Positions 63,690-64,000 of a stretch of 64,000 bases of DNA are shown here, one piece after another (position 1 is the stretch's first letter; the number at the start of each line of letters is the position of its first letter). The stretch is taken from contig JANJGN010000021.1 in the NCBI GenBank assembly GCA_026770705.1, positions 88,908,001-88,972,000 on the forward strand, written 5' to 3'. The DNA is from Isurus oxyrinchus (taxonomy: Eukaryota). The notes below the pieces were generated by a model that was not told the DNA's origin, did not search any database, and saw only the letters and a program-made list of their open reading frames with translations. The translations under genes and the position numbers were made by a program.

Positions 63690-64000
63690 TGTGGAAGGGT
63701 GAGGAGAGGAGTATGTGTTGTCAGGTGGAGTTGGGTGGGCTGTCAGGCCGCAAGCTCGCCAGTTCTGGCTAGGGGAGTGTCAGGGAGGGGAGTTTGGGTC
63801 GGGAGTTGGGTGGTTGGGGCTAGTCATGTTGGGTTGGAGGGAAAACGGGGATGTCATGGTGGTCAACGGGGGTATCAGGTGGTGGAGGTTATTCAGGTCA
63901 GGTCAGGGGAATACCGGGGTTGGGGGAGCCAGGGTGTCGAGAGGGGAGTTGGGGGATGAGGAACGGGCATCAGAGGGGTGAGAGGGGAATCGGGAGGATG
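63690..64000 (+). repeat. G-rich low-complexity tract running off the window edge
   Basis: Repeated GGGG/GGTCAGG-like units. Confidence 0.6.

Overview
Repeat-dense vertebrate genomic DNA. The repeat families (CR1 LINEs with esterase ORF1, Penelope GIY-YIG elements, Deu-type SINEs, Harbinger transposons) are those I associate with cartilaginous fish, probably a shark; this is inferred from repeat content only. I assembled by hand one complete spliced host gene that the ORF track shows only partly. It lies on the minus strand with 5 coding exons (35018-34946, 26458-26066, 8893-8735, 7537-7458, 5036-4890), all GT-AG and phase-compatible, giving an 852-nt CDS and a 283-aa protein. The product is a type I membrane receptor with a signal peptide, one disulfide-less CD2/SLAM/CEACAM/HEPACAM-type IgV domain carrying an atypical CX10C loop, a P/S/T stalk, an uncharged TM helix and a tail with ITIM-like (PVYSLL) and ITSM-like (TVYAFA) motifs. 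I cannot assign it to a named orthologue. The rest is nested mobile DNA: a TIR-bounded but decayed 4.5-kb Harbinger, a second Harbinger cluster, a near-full-length CR1, two Penelope families, a solo LTR, SINEs and MITEs. There is also a recurrent family of short fold-back Penelope-derived insertions with 11-16 bp TSDs and minimal hammerhead-ribozyme motifs. Repeat boundaries are approximate unless a TSD is given.
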